Origin: Candidatus Hadarchaeota archaeon
GTDB lineage: Archaea > Hadarchaeota > Hadarchaeia > Hadarchaeales > Hadarchaeaceae
NCBI GenBank assembly: GCA_964514965.1
Contig: CAZETV010000001.1
Location: forward strand, 693,063 to 725,062
Direction: 5' to 3'
Length of the DNA stretch: 32,000 bases
Position 1 is the first letter of the stretch. Each line of letters opens with the position of its first letter. The translations under genes were made by a program, and so were the position numbers. This document shows, piece by piece, positions 16,988-24,758 of the stretch. The notes below the pieces were generated by a model, which ran no database searches, was not told the DNA's origin, and saw only the letters and a program-made list of their open reading frames with translations.

Positions 16988-17785
16988 TTAAATAGACTTC
17001 AAAATAGCTGGAAGTTGAATTAACTTATCAATCGAAGCGTCAGGTTTGAGTATTTCCTTGTCTGGGAGAGTGGGAGAAGTGATGGATCGGAAAAGAATCG
17101 CGCGCATGCCTACTTTTTTGGCCCCATAGACATCGTCATGCAAGCGGTCACCTACATGAACAGCATCGCTAGCCTTAACCCTTAGCTGAGAAAGGGCGTG
17201 AAGAAATATCTTTGGGTGAGGTTTACTCGCATCTACCTCATCTGAAAAACTCTCGGCGTCAAAATATTTTAGTATCCCGTACCTAGCCAAAACGATTCTG
17301 AGGACTCTACCTGACGTCCTGACAGCGTTGGATACTATCCCTAATTTTATACCGTCGTCCTTCAATTGGCTGAGACATTCGCGCGCATTTTCCGCACAGA
17401 TGGGCAATTTCTCAAGTGAAACTTCGGCATAGAGTTTAACGAGTTCTTTAACCCACGGCCCTTGAACTTTAAAGTTGAGAAGTCTCAGGAAGAGCTCAAC
17501 TTGGTCTGTGACTGTCATCTCACCCATCGATCCAAAATGCTGCCCCGAAGAACTCGTGCAGCTAGTTGGCGAAAGGACTTCCTCCCCTTTAGATAACGAC
17601 ACCATGGAAATTTTTCGCTCCAAAATATCGTAGGCTTTACTGACCTCGCCCATGTTGTAGTTATATCCAAGTATTCTCAGTACTTTGAACATGCCCCCTT
17701 TTCTAGCCTCTCGCCAGTACTCGCTCAGCTCAGGCGTATATCCCAGCAGAGTGCCCCATACGTCAAAGGTGACTGCGCGAATCAC
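16988..17785 (-). CDS. HAD-superfamily hydrolase
   Basis: Motif I variant FDVWGTLL, motif II SNA, and motif IV VGDRLHDDVYGA. Contains a cap insertion. Confidence 0.75.
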   Translation of the reverse strand: MIRAVTFDVWGTLLGYTPELSEYWREARKGGMFKVLRILGYNYNMGEVSKAYDILERKISMVSLSKGEEVLSPTSCTSSSGQHFGSMGEMTVTDQVELFLRLLNFKVQGPWVKELVKLYAEVSLEKLPICAENARECLSQLKDDGIKLGIVSNAVRTSGRVLRIVLARYGILKYFDAESFSDEVDASKPHPKIFLHALSQLRVKASDAVHVGDRLHDDVYGAKKVGMRAILFRSITSPTLPDKEILKPDASIDKLIQLPAILKSI

Positions 17786-17927
17786 GTCATTCCCGCTCCT
17801 GACATCTACCTTGGTTTAAAAGATAACGACACTATGGAAGTATTAATTCTTTTCGCGATCAAGCAACCCCATAAAAGAAACGAATCTAAAGCCAAAAATC
17901 TTATGTCACAGCAAGGATAAAATTAGT

Positions 17928-18521
17928 ATGAAAATTGAAGTGCTGTCTATGCCGCGCGTCATTGGCCCCTTGCCGCGATTTGCCGAAGTTCATGTTCGCA
18001 GAGCGCTTGAACTCATAGCGAAGCACAAAAGAATTGGTCGTAAACAGCTTGCCAGAGAGCTTGGGGTGGGCGAAGGCAGCATGCGCACGGTCCTTAACCA
18101 ACTGAAGAAGCAGGAACTAATCACATCATCGCGCGGTGGACATGCGCTCACGGTCAAAGGCAAACGTTCACTAGGAAAACCTCTCGAATTCGCGCAAATC
18201 GATGCTGGAAACCTTACAGTCGGAAAAGTTGATGTCGCGGTAATCATTCGCGGCGCTGCGAAGAAAGTCAAACGGGGCATCGAGCAACGAGATGAAGCGA
18301 TAAAAGCCGGCGCTCAGGGGGCGACGGCCCTCGTATTCACAAGAGGTAAACTTCAGTTCCCGGATAGATTCACCAAAGTTGGGGAGAGAGATAGCGAAAT
18401 CATTATTAAAAAATTCAAACCTCGCGAAGGAGATGTAATCATAATCGGTACGGCTAACGAAATCGTTCCTGCTGAGACCGGGGCTAGGGCAGCTTCGCTA
18501 ACTCTCACTACTCGAGCTTGA
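17928..18521 (+). CDS. wHTH transcriptional regulator with a C-terminal domain resembling archaeal DUF4443
   Basis: N-terminal winged-helix segment (IGRKQLARELGVGEGSMRTVLNQLKKQELI). The C-terminal domain assignment is from memory only. Confidence 0.6.
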   Translation: MKIEVLSMPRVIGPLPRFAEVHVRRALELIAKHKRIGRKQLARELGVGEGSMRTVLNQLKKQELITSSRGGHALTVKGKRSLGKPLEFAQIDAGNLTVGKVDVAVIIRGAAKKVKRGIEQRDEAIKAGAQGATALVFTRGKLQFPDRFTKVGERDSEIIIKKFKPREGDVIIIGTANEIVPAETGARAASLTLTTRA

Positions 18522-18906
18522 AAAGCAGAAGGTTGTCCCCATCACGAAGCTGGTATTCCTGCATCGCTACCCCTGGTGTCTCACCGTTCACCTTGTATCC
18601 CCAGAACTGCGCTTTCCCACCAATCTCGGTCACTACTGAACCCATGTTCACATAGTAGTCGGTCTTAACGCTGATAACCCTTAAAATCGCATCGAATGTC
18701 GACATCCCTTTGAAAAGTTTCACCTGCTGGTCGATACCTAAATCCGGAATGCTCACGTTGACCTCCATGTTCTCGCCGTAAGCATACTGCGCCGTTTGTG
18801 CTTTTGCTCCCCCTGCCAACACAAAACCAGCGGCAAAGCACACGAACCCGATTGCTATAAGTAATTCCGCAATCTGGCCGACGAACTTTTTCTCCCTCTT
18901 TTTCAC
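18508..18906 (-). CDS. membrane-anchored DUF4430-like (transcobalamin-like fold) protein
   Basis: N-terminal TM anchor. The C-terminus FWGYKVNGETPGVAMQEYQLRDGDNLLLF matches the W-x-Y-x-V-N-G...Y-x-L-x-D-G-D pattern of DUF4430. Confidence 0.7.
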   Translation of the reverse strand: MKKREKKFVGQIAELLIAIGFVCFAAGFVLAGGAKAQTAQYAYGENMEVNVSIPDLGIDQQVKLFKGMSTFDAILRVISVKTDYYVNMGSVVTEIGGKAQFWGYKVNGETPGVAMQEYQLRDGDNLLLFKLE

Positions 18907-18918
18907 CTTCTCACCCCC

Positions 18919-19659
18919 TCATGCGCTCTCCCGAACTCCAACTCCGCGTTTTACCGAGACCGATACCGGGACTTGTATCTTAATCTTCGCCATTGCCTTG
19001 ACCAGCCCGACTAGCGGCGGCACGAACACGAGTGAGGAGAGATGATAAAGCGTGAAGGGCAATTGGGCGATGAAAACGGCTGTTAGTCCTGCACCGGTGA
19101 GCATGGCCCATCCAAAAGCTGTGTAGATATCAAACGCAATAATCGCAACAGCGGCCGTGAGTGTGGTGCGGTAGAGAAGGCGTGCGAATCGGTCAAACAT
19201 CGAAAGCTTGTTTCGCATCCCTAGAAGCCAACAGATGATAAAACCTGACCACGTGAAGACGTAGATGCTCTTGAAGCCCCAGAATCCGATATCTATGAAG
19301 AAGACGCTAGCGAGCGCGATTACTCCGAAATATCGCGTCAAGAACCGCCAAGAACCTCTACTTCCAACGGAGAGTGAAAAGCAACCAACGACGACCAGAG
19401 TTGGGATTACCAACTCGAAGTTAGGAAAGGTAACACCACCTAAGTACAACAATTTGCTCAAAGCGATAAACAATGCCCCCAAAAGAATGAATAGCTTGAT
19501 GCGCCTAGCCAACACCCGCTCTGGCGCCCCGATCCCCCACAGCTTTGCTGCCCCTCTTTTCCACCCACTAAGGATTTTGGCTCTGAAAATACTTATCAGA
19601 AATAGAGCCAATAGGCCGAGCACAAAGACGGCTAGAGCAAACATTATCTCCTCAAACAT
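18919..19659 (-). CDS. polytopic integral membrane protein of unknown function (about 6-7 TM)
   Basis: 246-aa ORF with multiple hydrophobic segments, directly upstream of and co-oriented with the DUF4430-like gene (12-nt gap). Confidence 0.7.
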   Translation of the reverse strand: MFEEIMFALAVFVLGLLALFLISIFRAKILSGWKRGAAKLWGIGAPERVLARRIKLFILLGALFIALSKLLYLGGVTFPNFELVIPTLVVVGCFSLSVGSRGSWRFLTRYFGVIALASVFFIDIGFWGFKSIYVFTWSGFIICWLLGMRNKLSMFDRFARLLYRTTLTAAVAIIAFDIYTAFGWAMLTGAGLTAVFIAQLPFTLYHLSSLVFVPPLVGLVKAMAKIKIQVPVSVSVKRGVGVRESA

Positions 19660-19672
19660 GCTTCCCCCTTAG

Positions 19673-19691
19673 TTGGATTATATATCCAACA
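19673..19691. promoter_or_regulatory. 7-5-7 inverted repeat GTTGGAT-TATAT-ATCCAAC around a TATA-like core, upstream of the membrane-protein operon
   Basis: Read directly. It lies 14-32 nt upstream of start codon 19659 on the minus strand. Confidence 0.45.
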
Positions 19692-19781
19692 TAAAAAGCT
19701 TTGGCCCGCTCACGTTTGCAATAATCAAGGGGCGTGTTAATCAACGGGATTTTACCGTGATAAACTAGAGTGTTAATCAGC

Positions 19782-19898
19782 CTACGCTTTCCTCTGCCTG
19801 ATCCTGCGCATCTTCCGACGCATACGCTTACGTACCCACTTCCAACGCATATGACCCTTCTTCTTCCACTTTCGAGGTCGCTTTCCCATGAACATCAT
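19782..19898 (-). CDS. rpl41e: 50S ribosomal protein eL41 (small basic protein, 38 aa)
   Basis: Not in the ORF track because it is under 60 aa. Manual translation of the minus strand gives MMFMGKRPRKWKKKGHMRWKWVRKRMRRKMRRIRQRKA, then stop. The KWKKKGxMRWKW...RRxKRxR pattern matches archaeal L41e as I recall it. Confidence 0.75.
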   Translation of the reverse strand: MMFMGKRPRKWKKKGHMRWKWVRKRMRRKMRRIRQRKA

Positions 19899-19921
19899 CA
19901 ACTTCTAAACTCTGCCAACAG

Positions 19922-20530
19922 CTAAAAGATTGCTCTCGCCCGCAATATAAATAGTTCCTCAAATGACAATTTTCTGCGCGCCACAACCTCGACTCGCAAA
20001 CCGTTCGCATCCAACGCTCGAATTGTTTTCTCAATATTCGCCAGCGAAGACTGCACAAATAACACGCGACCATTAGGCGTCAAATACTCTGCCACTTTAT
20101 TCAAAAATCGATTGATGACTAAGCGGCCGTCTGGCCCCGCTTCCCAAGCTAAATCGAGTGGAGTACCAAAAGCCTCTTTGGGTTCGATAGGCAAATAAGG
20201 CGGGTTAAAAATCACTAAATCAAAGCGTTCCTTGGATACCGTCTCAAAAAGGTCCCCAAATCTAAGATCAATACGATTTGCAACACCATGAGCATGAGCA
20301 TTTACGCGAGCACATTCGAGCGCAGCTTGATTTATATCAGTTGCAACGACCCAAGCTCCCGCCTTGGCTGCTAGAATCGCGAGTAATCCACAACCTGTAC
20401 CAATCTCTAAAACGCGTTCACCTTGGCGCGCATCTAAATTATCCGCAAGGAGAAATGTATCTTCAGCCGGCGCATAAACATCAGACCCGATTTTAAAAAT
20501 TTCTCCATTATAAACTATTTCAATCATCAA
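19922..20530 (-). CDS. HemK/PrmC (Mtq2-like) SAM-dependent N5-glutamine methyltransferase
   Basis: SAM motif I VLEIGTGCG and the catalytic NPPY tetrapeptide (VIFNPPYLP). Size is typical of the archaeal release-factor methyltransferase. Confidence 0.8.
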   Translation of the reverse strand: MMIEIVYNGEIFKIGSDVYAPAEDTFLLADNLDARQGERVLEIGTGCGLLAILAAKAGAWVVATDINQAALECARVNAHAHGVANRIDLRFGDLFETVSKERFDLVIFNPPYLPIEPKEAFGTPLDLAWEAGPDGRLVINRFLNKVAEYLTPNGRVLFVQSSLANIEKTIRALDANGLRVEVVARRKLSFEELFILRARAIF

Positions 20531-20638
20531 ATTTTCCCCACCAATTATTGTTTTTCATTCACTTAATGTACTCGAACCAAAAGGCACTACCATATACTTT
20601 AAAAGAGGAGCAAATCATTTTTACATGGAGGGTGAATC

Positions 20639-21022
20639 TTGGCAAGTGAAAAGGCTGTTAAAATTGCCCTAATCGGTCCAGCAGCGTTCTATATTGGATT
20701 ACTAATAGCGTTAGTTGCAGCGTTCGTAACTCCGGCAAGTTGGCTCTACTTAGCGCTTGGTGTGCTGGGAGTGATTGTTGGACTCCTCAACATAACGGCC
20801 CGCGAAACCAGTCCATTCTTGCTGGCAACAATTGCATTTATCGTCGCTGCTTGGGGAATGTGGACATTAACGATTTCAGCATTTACTTTAGCATCAGTCC
20901 CCGCCCCAGAAATTTTAACAAAGGAACTTCTTCGACTAGCAACGAATCTAACGGTACTCGTGGGTGCGGCGGCGATGGTCATTTCACTGAGGGCAATCTA
21001 CGAAGCTGCGAAGGGCAGGTAA
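20639..21022 (+). CDS. small integral membrane protein (4 predicted TM), unknown function
   Basis: 127-aa hydrophobic ORF. TTG start is preceded by GGAGGGTGA. Confidence 0.6.
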   Translation: MASEKAVKIALIGPAAFYIGLLIALVAAFVTPASWLYLALGVLGVIVGLLNITARETSPFLLATIAFIVAAWGMWTLTISAFTLASVPAPEILTKELLRLATNLTVLVGAAAMVISLRAIYEAAKGR

Positions 21023-21047
21023 ACTCTGCCCTTCATTTTCTTTTTTT
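21013..21047 (+). terminator. hairpin plus oligo-T terminator-like element
   Basis: GGGCAG (21013-21018) pairs with CTGCCC (21026-21031) across a 7-nt loop. The tract TTTTCTTTTTTT follows at 21036-21047. The element spans the stop codon of the preceding gene. Confidence 0.5.
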
Positions 21048-21197
21048 AAACAAACCTTAGCCTGCGCAACCTTTTTTGAGATATTCCCTTCGGGTTACAC
21101 CCATGAACAGCAAAGCTCTAGTAATATCTTCGAAAGCGATTATGTAAAAATTGAAGTTTATAAGCTTGAATTATTTTAAACAAAAACAAACCTACAC

Positions 21198-21452
21198 TCA
21201 CCTTTTACGGCGCGGAGGTCGGTTTTTCCTCTCGGTGCTGAGGAGTGAACACAACTTGTCGACGCTCGCCTCGACACGTTCTGTGTGCCGATCAAGCTCA
21301 CTCAGGTGACTATCGAGTTTCTTGATGTGGCAGTCTAGTGCCTTTGTGTGGTTATCAAGCTTGCGAAAATGGGTTAAAAGCAAAAATACCACCACAATTT
21401 CAGCTAACAACACAGTCAGTTCAAAGAAGAGAATAATGGTTTGGGTGTCCAT
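21198..21452 (-). CDS. small membrane-anchored coiled-coil protein with four x-L-D-x-H-x-x heptads
   Basis: 84 aa with an N-terminal TM (IILFFELTVLLAEIVVVFLLL), then KLDNHTK ALDCHIK KLDSHLS ELDRHTE, and a basic tail RPPRRKR. TATA-like TTTTAAAAAGTATA lies upstream on the minus strand. Confidence 0.6.
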   Translation of the reverse strand: MDTQTIILFFELTVLLAEIVVVFLLLTHFRKLDNHTKALDCHIKKLDSHLSELDRHTERVEASVDKLCSLLSTERKNRPPRRKR

Positions 21453-21545
21453 GAGAATCCTGTAATTAGATATTCGGTATACTTTTTAAAATGCCTTAGG
21501 CTCAAGTTCTAAGATACTGCCACTGAACTCTTTGACCCAGCTTGG

Positions 21546-22706
21546 CTACTCTGCACTTGGTTTGCCCTGCTCCATGATTAGATTGTCGTCCGCAAAAACT
21601 TGCCCGTGCCGCATGTCTTTAATGAGGTCGAGATGGCTGGAAGCTCGATTTTTGCCGTGGTAGGCTCCGCGGTTGTTGCCTATAGCGATGTGAATCGTGC
21701 CAAAAATCTTCTCGTCGATAATTATGCTTCCTCCCGTGTAAGCCGCACCAAGATTTGTGCCTATACCGAACTCCCCGATGCGGTCCTTTTCGCCCGTGTT
21801 CACCTTGAGGAATTTGGTGAAGTTCTCCCTGCCGCGTACCGCTTCGTAACTCACTACCTTACCCCTCATGAACTCAAGCTCTAACCCGTCAATTTTTCCA
21901 AATCCTGGGATTGCAACCTTTTCAAACAGTATCTTTCCATCCGCACTAGTCTCAAGCGGTGCAACGAAAACCTCACCTGCTGGGATGTTCACCCCAACGT
22001 CATCGTGCACAATGTCTTCATTAGAAATTATTCCATCGTCGACCAGCACTGGGCGGCCTTTTATCCGGAAAGTCAAATCAGTACCATCTGTCGCCGTTAT
22101 CCGAACTTTATTTTTTTCCGCGAGTGCATCACGATAAAATTTACAAATTTTGATGAGTTCAGACGCGAAAGTTTTTCGAATACTGTCAAAAAAAATTCTC
22201 CTAAATTTATTGACCGCGCAACCGTAAGCTAGAGCTGCCTCTGGGATGGGCCAGCCGAAGTATGCCCATCGGGTCTTCCGCCTATCAGTAATCTCGTGAA
22301 GTTTTATCCTGACAGGTGCCGTGAGTTTTAATTTCGCCGTGAGACCCTTTGCCCAATTTGGATCGTCTTCCTCTCCGATGAAAATCAAAGTGTCTGCTCG
22401 CCTCGCTATCGCCTCCGCGAACGGGCTTATTTCACGCAGGGATTTTTTGGGGGACACCACGTATTTTATCTTTTCTCTCTCGGATGAAGTGCCAAGCAAG
22501 AGAGTATGTGCGCCCACTTGCCAGCACTCCTCCTCAACTTTAAGAGCAAATTTTTCACAGCTTGGATCAATGCGGTTGTAAATTATCCTTACGGCATCAT
22601 ACCCGCCGTTACGCTTTTTTCCTATTCTCATCGAGCGCCTTACAAAATTCCTCGCCAAATCCGTCATTTCTCTATTCGATAATTCCAGAAACATTCGGGT
22701 ACCCAT
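21546..22706 (-). CDS. M29-family aminopeptidase (AmpS/PepS/aminopeptidase T-like)
   Basis: The length and the C-terminal blocks EFGIGTN and HIAIGNN...HLD are characteristic of thermophilic metalloprotease M29. Confidence 0.75.
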   Translation of the reverse strand: MGTRMFLELSNREMTDLARNFVRRSMRIGKKRNGGYDAVRIIYNRIDPSCEKFALKVEEECWQVGAHTLLLGTSSEREKIKYVVSPKKSLREISPFAEAIARRADTLIFIGEEDDPNWAKGLTAKLKLTAPVRIKLHEITDRRKTRWAYFGWPIPEAALAYGCAVNKFRRIFFDSIRKTFASELIKICKFYRDALAEKNKVRITATDGTDLTFRIKGRPVLVDDGIISNEDIVHDDVGVNIPAGEVFVAPLETSADGKILFEKVAIPGFGKIDGLELEFMRGKVVSYEAVRGRENFTKFLKVNTGEKDRIGEFGIGTNLGAAYTGGSIIIDEKIFGTIHIAIGNNRGAYHGKNRASSHLDLIKDMRHGQVFADDNLIMEQGKPSAE

Positions 22707-22787
22707 TTCATTCTTAATTTCTAAGATTTAAATTCTCAACTTACAGAATCGAGCGAGAAATAGCTCGCAATTCAGCCACGAAAAGCG

Positions 22788-23522
22788 TCACCGGATGTAG
22801 CTGACTTCTTCCTCGACGCCGCTTGGCAGTTTGAGCCTAGGCGGCTTGAACCTAGGCAAAGTCGCCGCGTGCTTGTGAAGTTCTTCCAAATCCAGCTTGA
22901 ACCCCAATATATCGCTCAAAGCTCTGAGAACGGCCTCCGCTGCCCCGACATCGAGCAGCCCTCCTCGGGTAGCGCCTAGCAGACAAAATCCTCGCATGCC
23001 CCGCGCCGCGGCCAATCCAGGAAGCAAGCCATTCATCCCCACTATCATCCCACTATCGAGAAGTTTCACCCCGTGCTTGCTGAGAAGCTTAACCGTTTCA
23101 ACATCCGACGCCGCCGCGACCACCTTCGCCTTAGACTCATTAGGAGAAAGAACGTACGCCGCCATCGTGATTACAGTATCCGCGCCATGCTGCGCCGCTA
23201 AATCTAAAATTTCACCCGTGAGTCTGTACTGTCCCTCTGGCGAGGCCGCTTGGGCGTCGGCAGTAGCGAGCAAGAGATCGCGCTTTAACCCATCTGGCTT
23301 GCAGTAGGAGAAATCTATCTTCAACATCTTGACCGAGCCATCATCCCGGACGACCCACTCGGGGAAATGCTCGGAATACAACTCAACAAATTTTTTTGCT
23401 CGAAGCTGGTGGGTCAAATACTCGGCTGCTAACTTGCCTATGTGGGCTATCCCGGGTAAGCCTGCAACGAGCACTGGTTTCTTGAACCTCGGGCGCTTCA
23501 AGTAGTTCACGCGTAAGGGCAT
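22788..23522 (-). CDS. PAC2-family proteasome assembly chaperone (PbaA/PbaB-like)
   Basis: The PVLVAGLPGIAHIGKLA N-terminal block and GMNGLLPG are typical of archaeal PAC2/COG1938. I preferred the ATG at 23522 (MPLRVNY); the track start at 23558 would overlap the divergent gene. Confidence 0.7.
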   Translation of the reverse strand: MPLRVNYLKRPRFKKPVLVAGLPGIAHIGKLAAEYLTHQLRAKKFVELYSEHFPEWVVRDDGSVKMLKIDFSYCKPDGLKRDLLLATADAQAASPEGQYRLTGEILDLAAQHGADTVITMAAYVLSPNESKAKVVAAASDVETVKLLSKHGVKLLDSGMIVGMNGLLPGLAAARGMRGFCLLGATRGGLLDVGAAEAVLRALSDILGFKLDLEELHKHAATLPRFKPPRLKLPSGVEEEVSYIR

Positions 23523-23580
23523 GGTTAGGTGTATGGGTGCTTCGCATTTAAATTTCATGGGGAGAAGTGGATTCGATTAC

Positions 23581-24519
23581 ATGGAGCCAGTACCTGTGAA
23601 GAACGGCGAAATTCGAGTGTTGCCTCTTGCCTTCGAGAGCTTTGGTGTTCGGAGTATGGCCACGCTCGTTGAAACCGACGATGTCAAACTCGTTGTTGAC
23701 CCCGGCTCTGCGCTCGGGCCGCGGTTTAGATTAAGCCCTCACGAGCGCGAGTACATGGCACTTTCTCAATCACGGCAGATTATCATCGACGCAGCACGTG
23801 AAGCCGATATTCTGACGATAAGTCATTACCACTTCGACCACTACGTCCCGAATTTTGAGGATTGGACATGGACTTGGAGCTCCCCAGAACTCGCCGAGCG
23901 TCTATACCGCAGCAAGCTGATCCTGACAAAGGACATCTATTCCAATATAAACCTGAGTCAACGAAAACGGGGATACATGTTCCAGAAGCTCAATTCGGAA
24001 ATCGCGGAAGAAATACAAGTCGCAGACGGGAAAAAGTTCAAGTTCAATCGGACCACATTAGAGTTCTCGAAACCTGTTTTTCATGGCGCGGCTGACTCGC
24101 AGCTTGGATTTGTGCTGATGCTGATGGTGCGAACGCCGACATGCTCGTTCATGCACGCCTCGGATGTACAGGGGCCGATCGACGAGGGAGCACTACGACT
24201 GATTTTAAAGCAACGGCCTGACATGCTGGTGATAGGCGGACCTCCACTATACCTCAAAAACTTCAAGATCAACGAGGAAAAACTTGCAAATGCTCTCAAA
24301 AATATGGCGAAAATAGTGAAGGCAATACCGCTGACCGTGATCGACCATCACCTTTTGAGATCACTTGACTACAAAGAATATCTGACACCGGTGTTCGCCG
24401 AAGCCGAAAAAAGTGGTCATCGCGTGCTCTCGGCCTCAGAACTTATTGGCCAAGAGCCACAATTGCTCGAAGCTAAGCGAAAGGAGCTTCATGCACAGGA
24501 GCCAATAAAACGTGAGTAG
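23581..24519 (+). CDS. UPF0282-family metallo-beta-lactamase-fold protein
   Basis: LPLAFESFGVRSMATLVETDD...VDPG and SHYHFDH (HxHxDH) are present. I preferred the ATG at 23581 (MEPVPV) by family N-terminus. Confidence 0.75.
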   Translation: MEPVPVKNGEIRVLPLAFESFGVRSMATLVETDDVKLVVDPGSALGPRFRLSPHEREYMALSQSRQIIIDAAREADILTISHYHFDHYVPNFEDWTWTWSSPELAERLYRSKLILTKDIYSNINLSQRKRGYMFQKLNSEIAEEIQVADGKKFKFNRTTLEFSKPVFHGAADSQLGFVLMLMVRTPTCSFMHASDVQGPIDEGALRLILKQRPDMLVIGGPPLYLKNFKINEEKLANALKNMAKIVKAIPLTVIDHHLLRSLDYKEYLTPVFAEAEKSGHRVLSASELIGQEPQLLEAKRKELHAQEPIKRE

Positions 24520-24758
24520 TACGAGCGATTAATCCAAAGAGAGTTTAAAAGAGATTTTCGAAAATCGCATCTCAAATAGAATTAGGAGTAGAATAGCCTT
24601 AGCGCCAGAGCTACGCGGTTCAACGCTTTAAGCCGATAAACCTGGTCAGAGTTAATTCCCCAAGAAGTAAAAGAAAAACCATATACAACAGCTTATCTTC
24701 CAAAGGCTACGAATGTCCATTCCCCACTAAACTGAATTTATACACAGCCACACTTAGC

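Noticed and set aside
19828-20073. 81-aa ORF from the track spanning the end of the methyltransferase gene and the eL41 region.
   Set aside because: It overlaps two better-supported genes in other frames, is Cys/Trp/Arg-rich and has no start context. The eL41 reading explains this DNA.
24520-24758. Possible tRNA or ncRNA in the 239-bp gap downstream of the MBL-fold gene and argS (GGTTCAACGC looked T-loop-like). Also the 14-bp palindrome GATTTTCGAAAATC at 24553-24566.
   Set aside because: No acceptor, D or anticodon stems can be built around the T-loop-like string, and the region is AT-rich. The palindrome is short and probably a convergent-terminator or incidental element.
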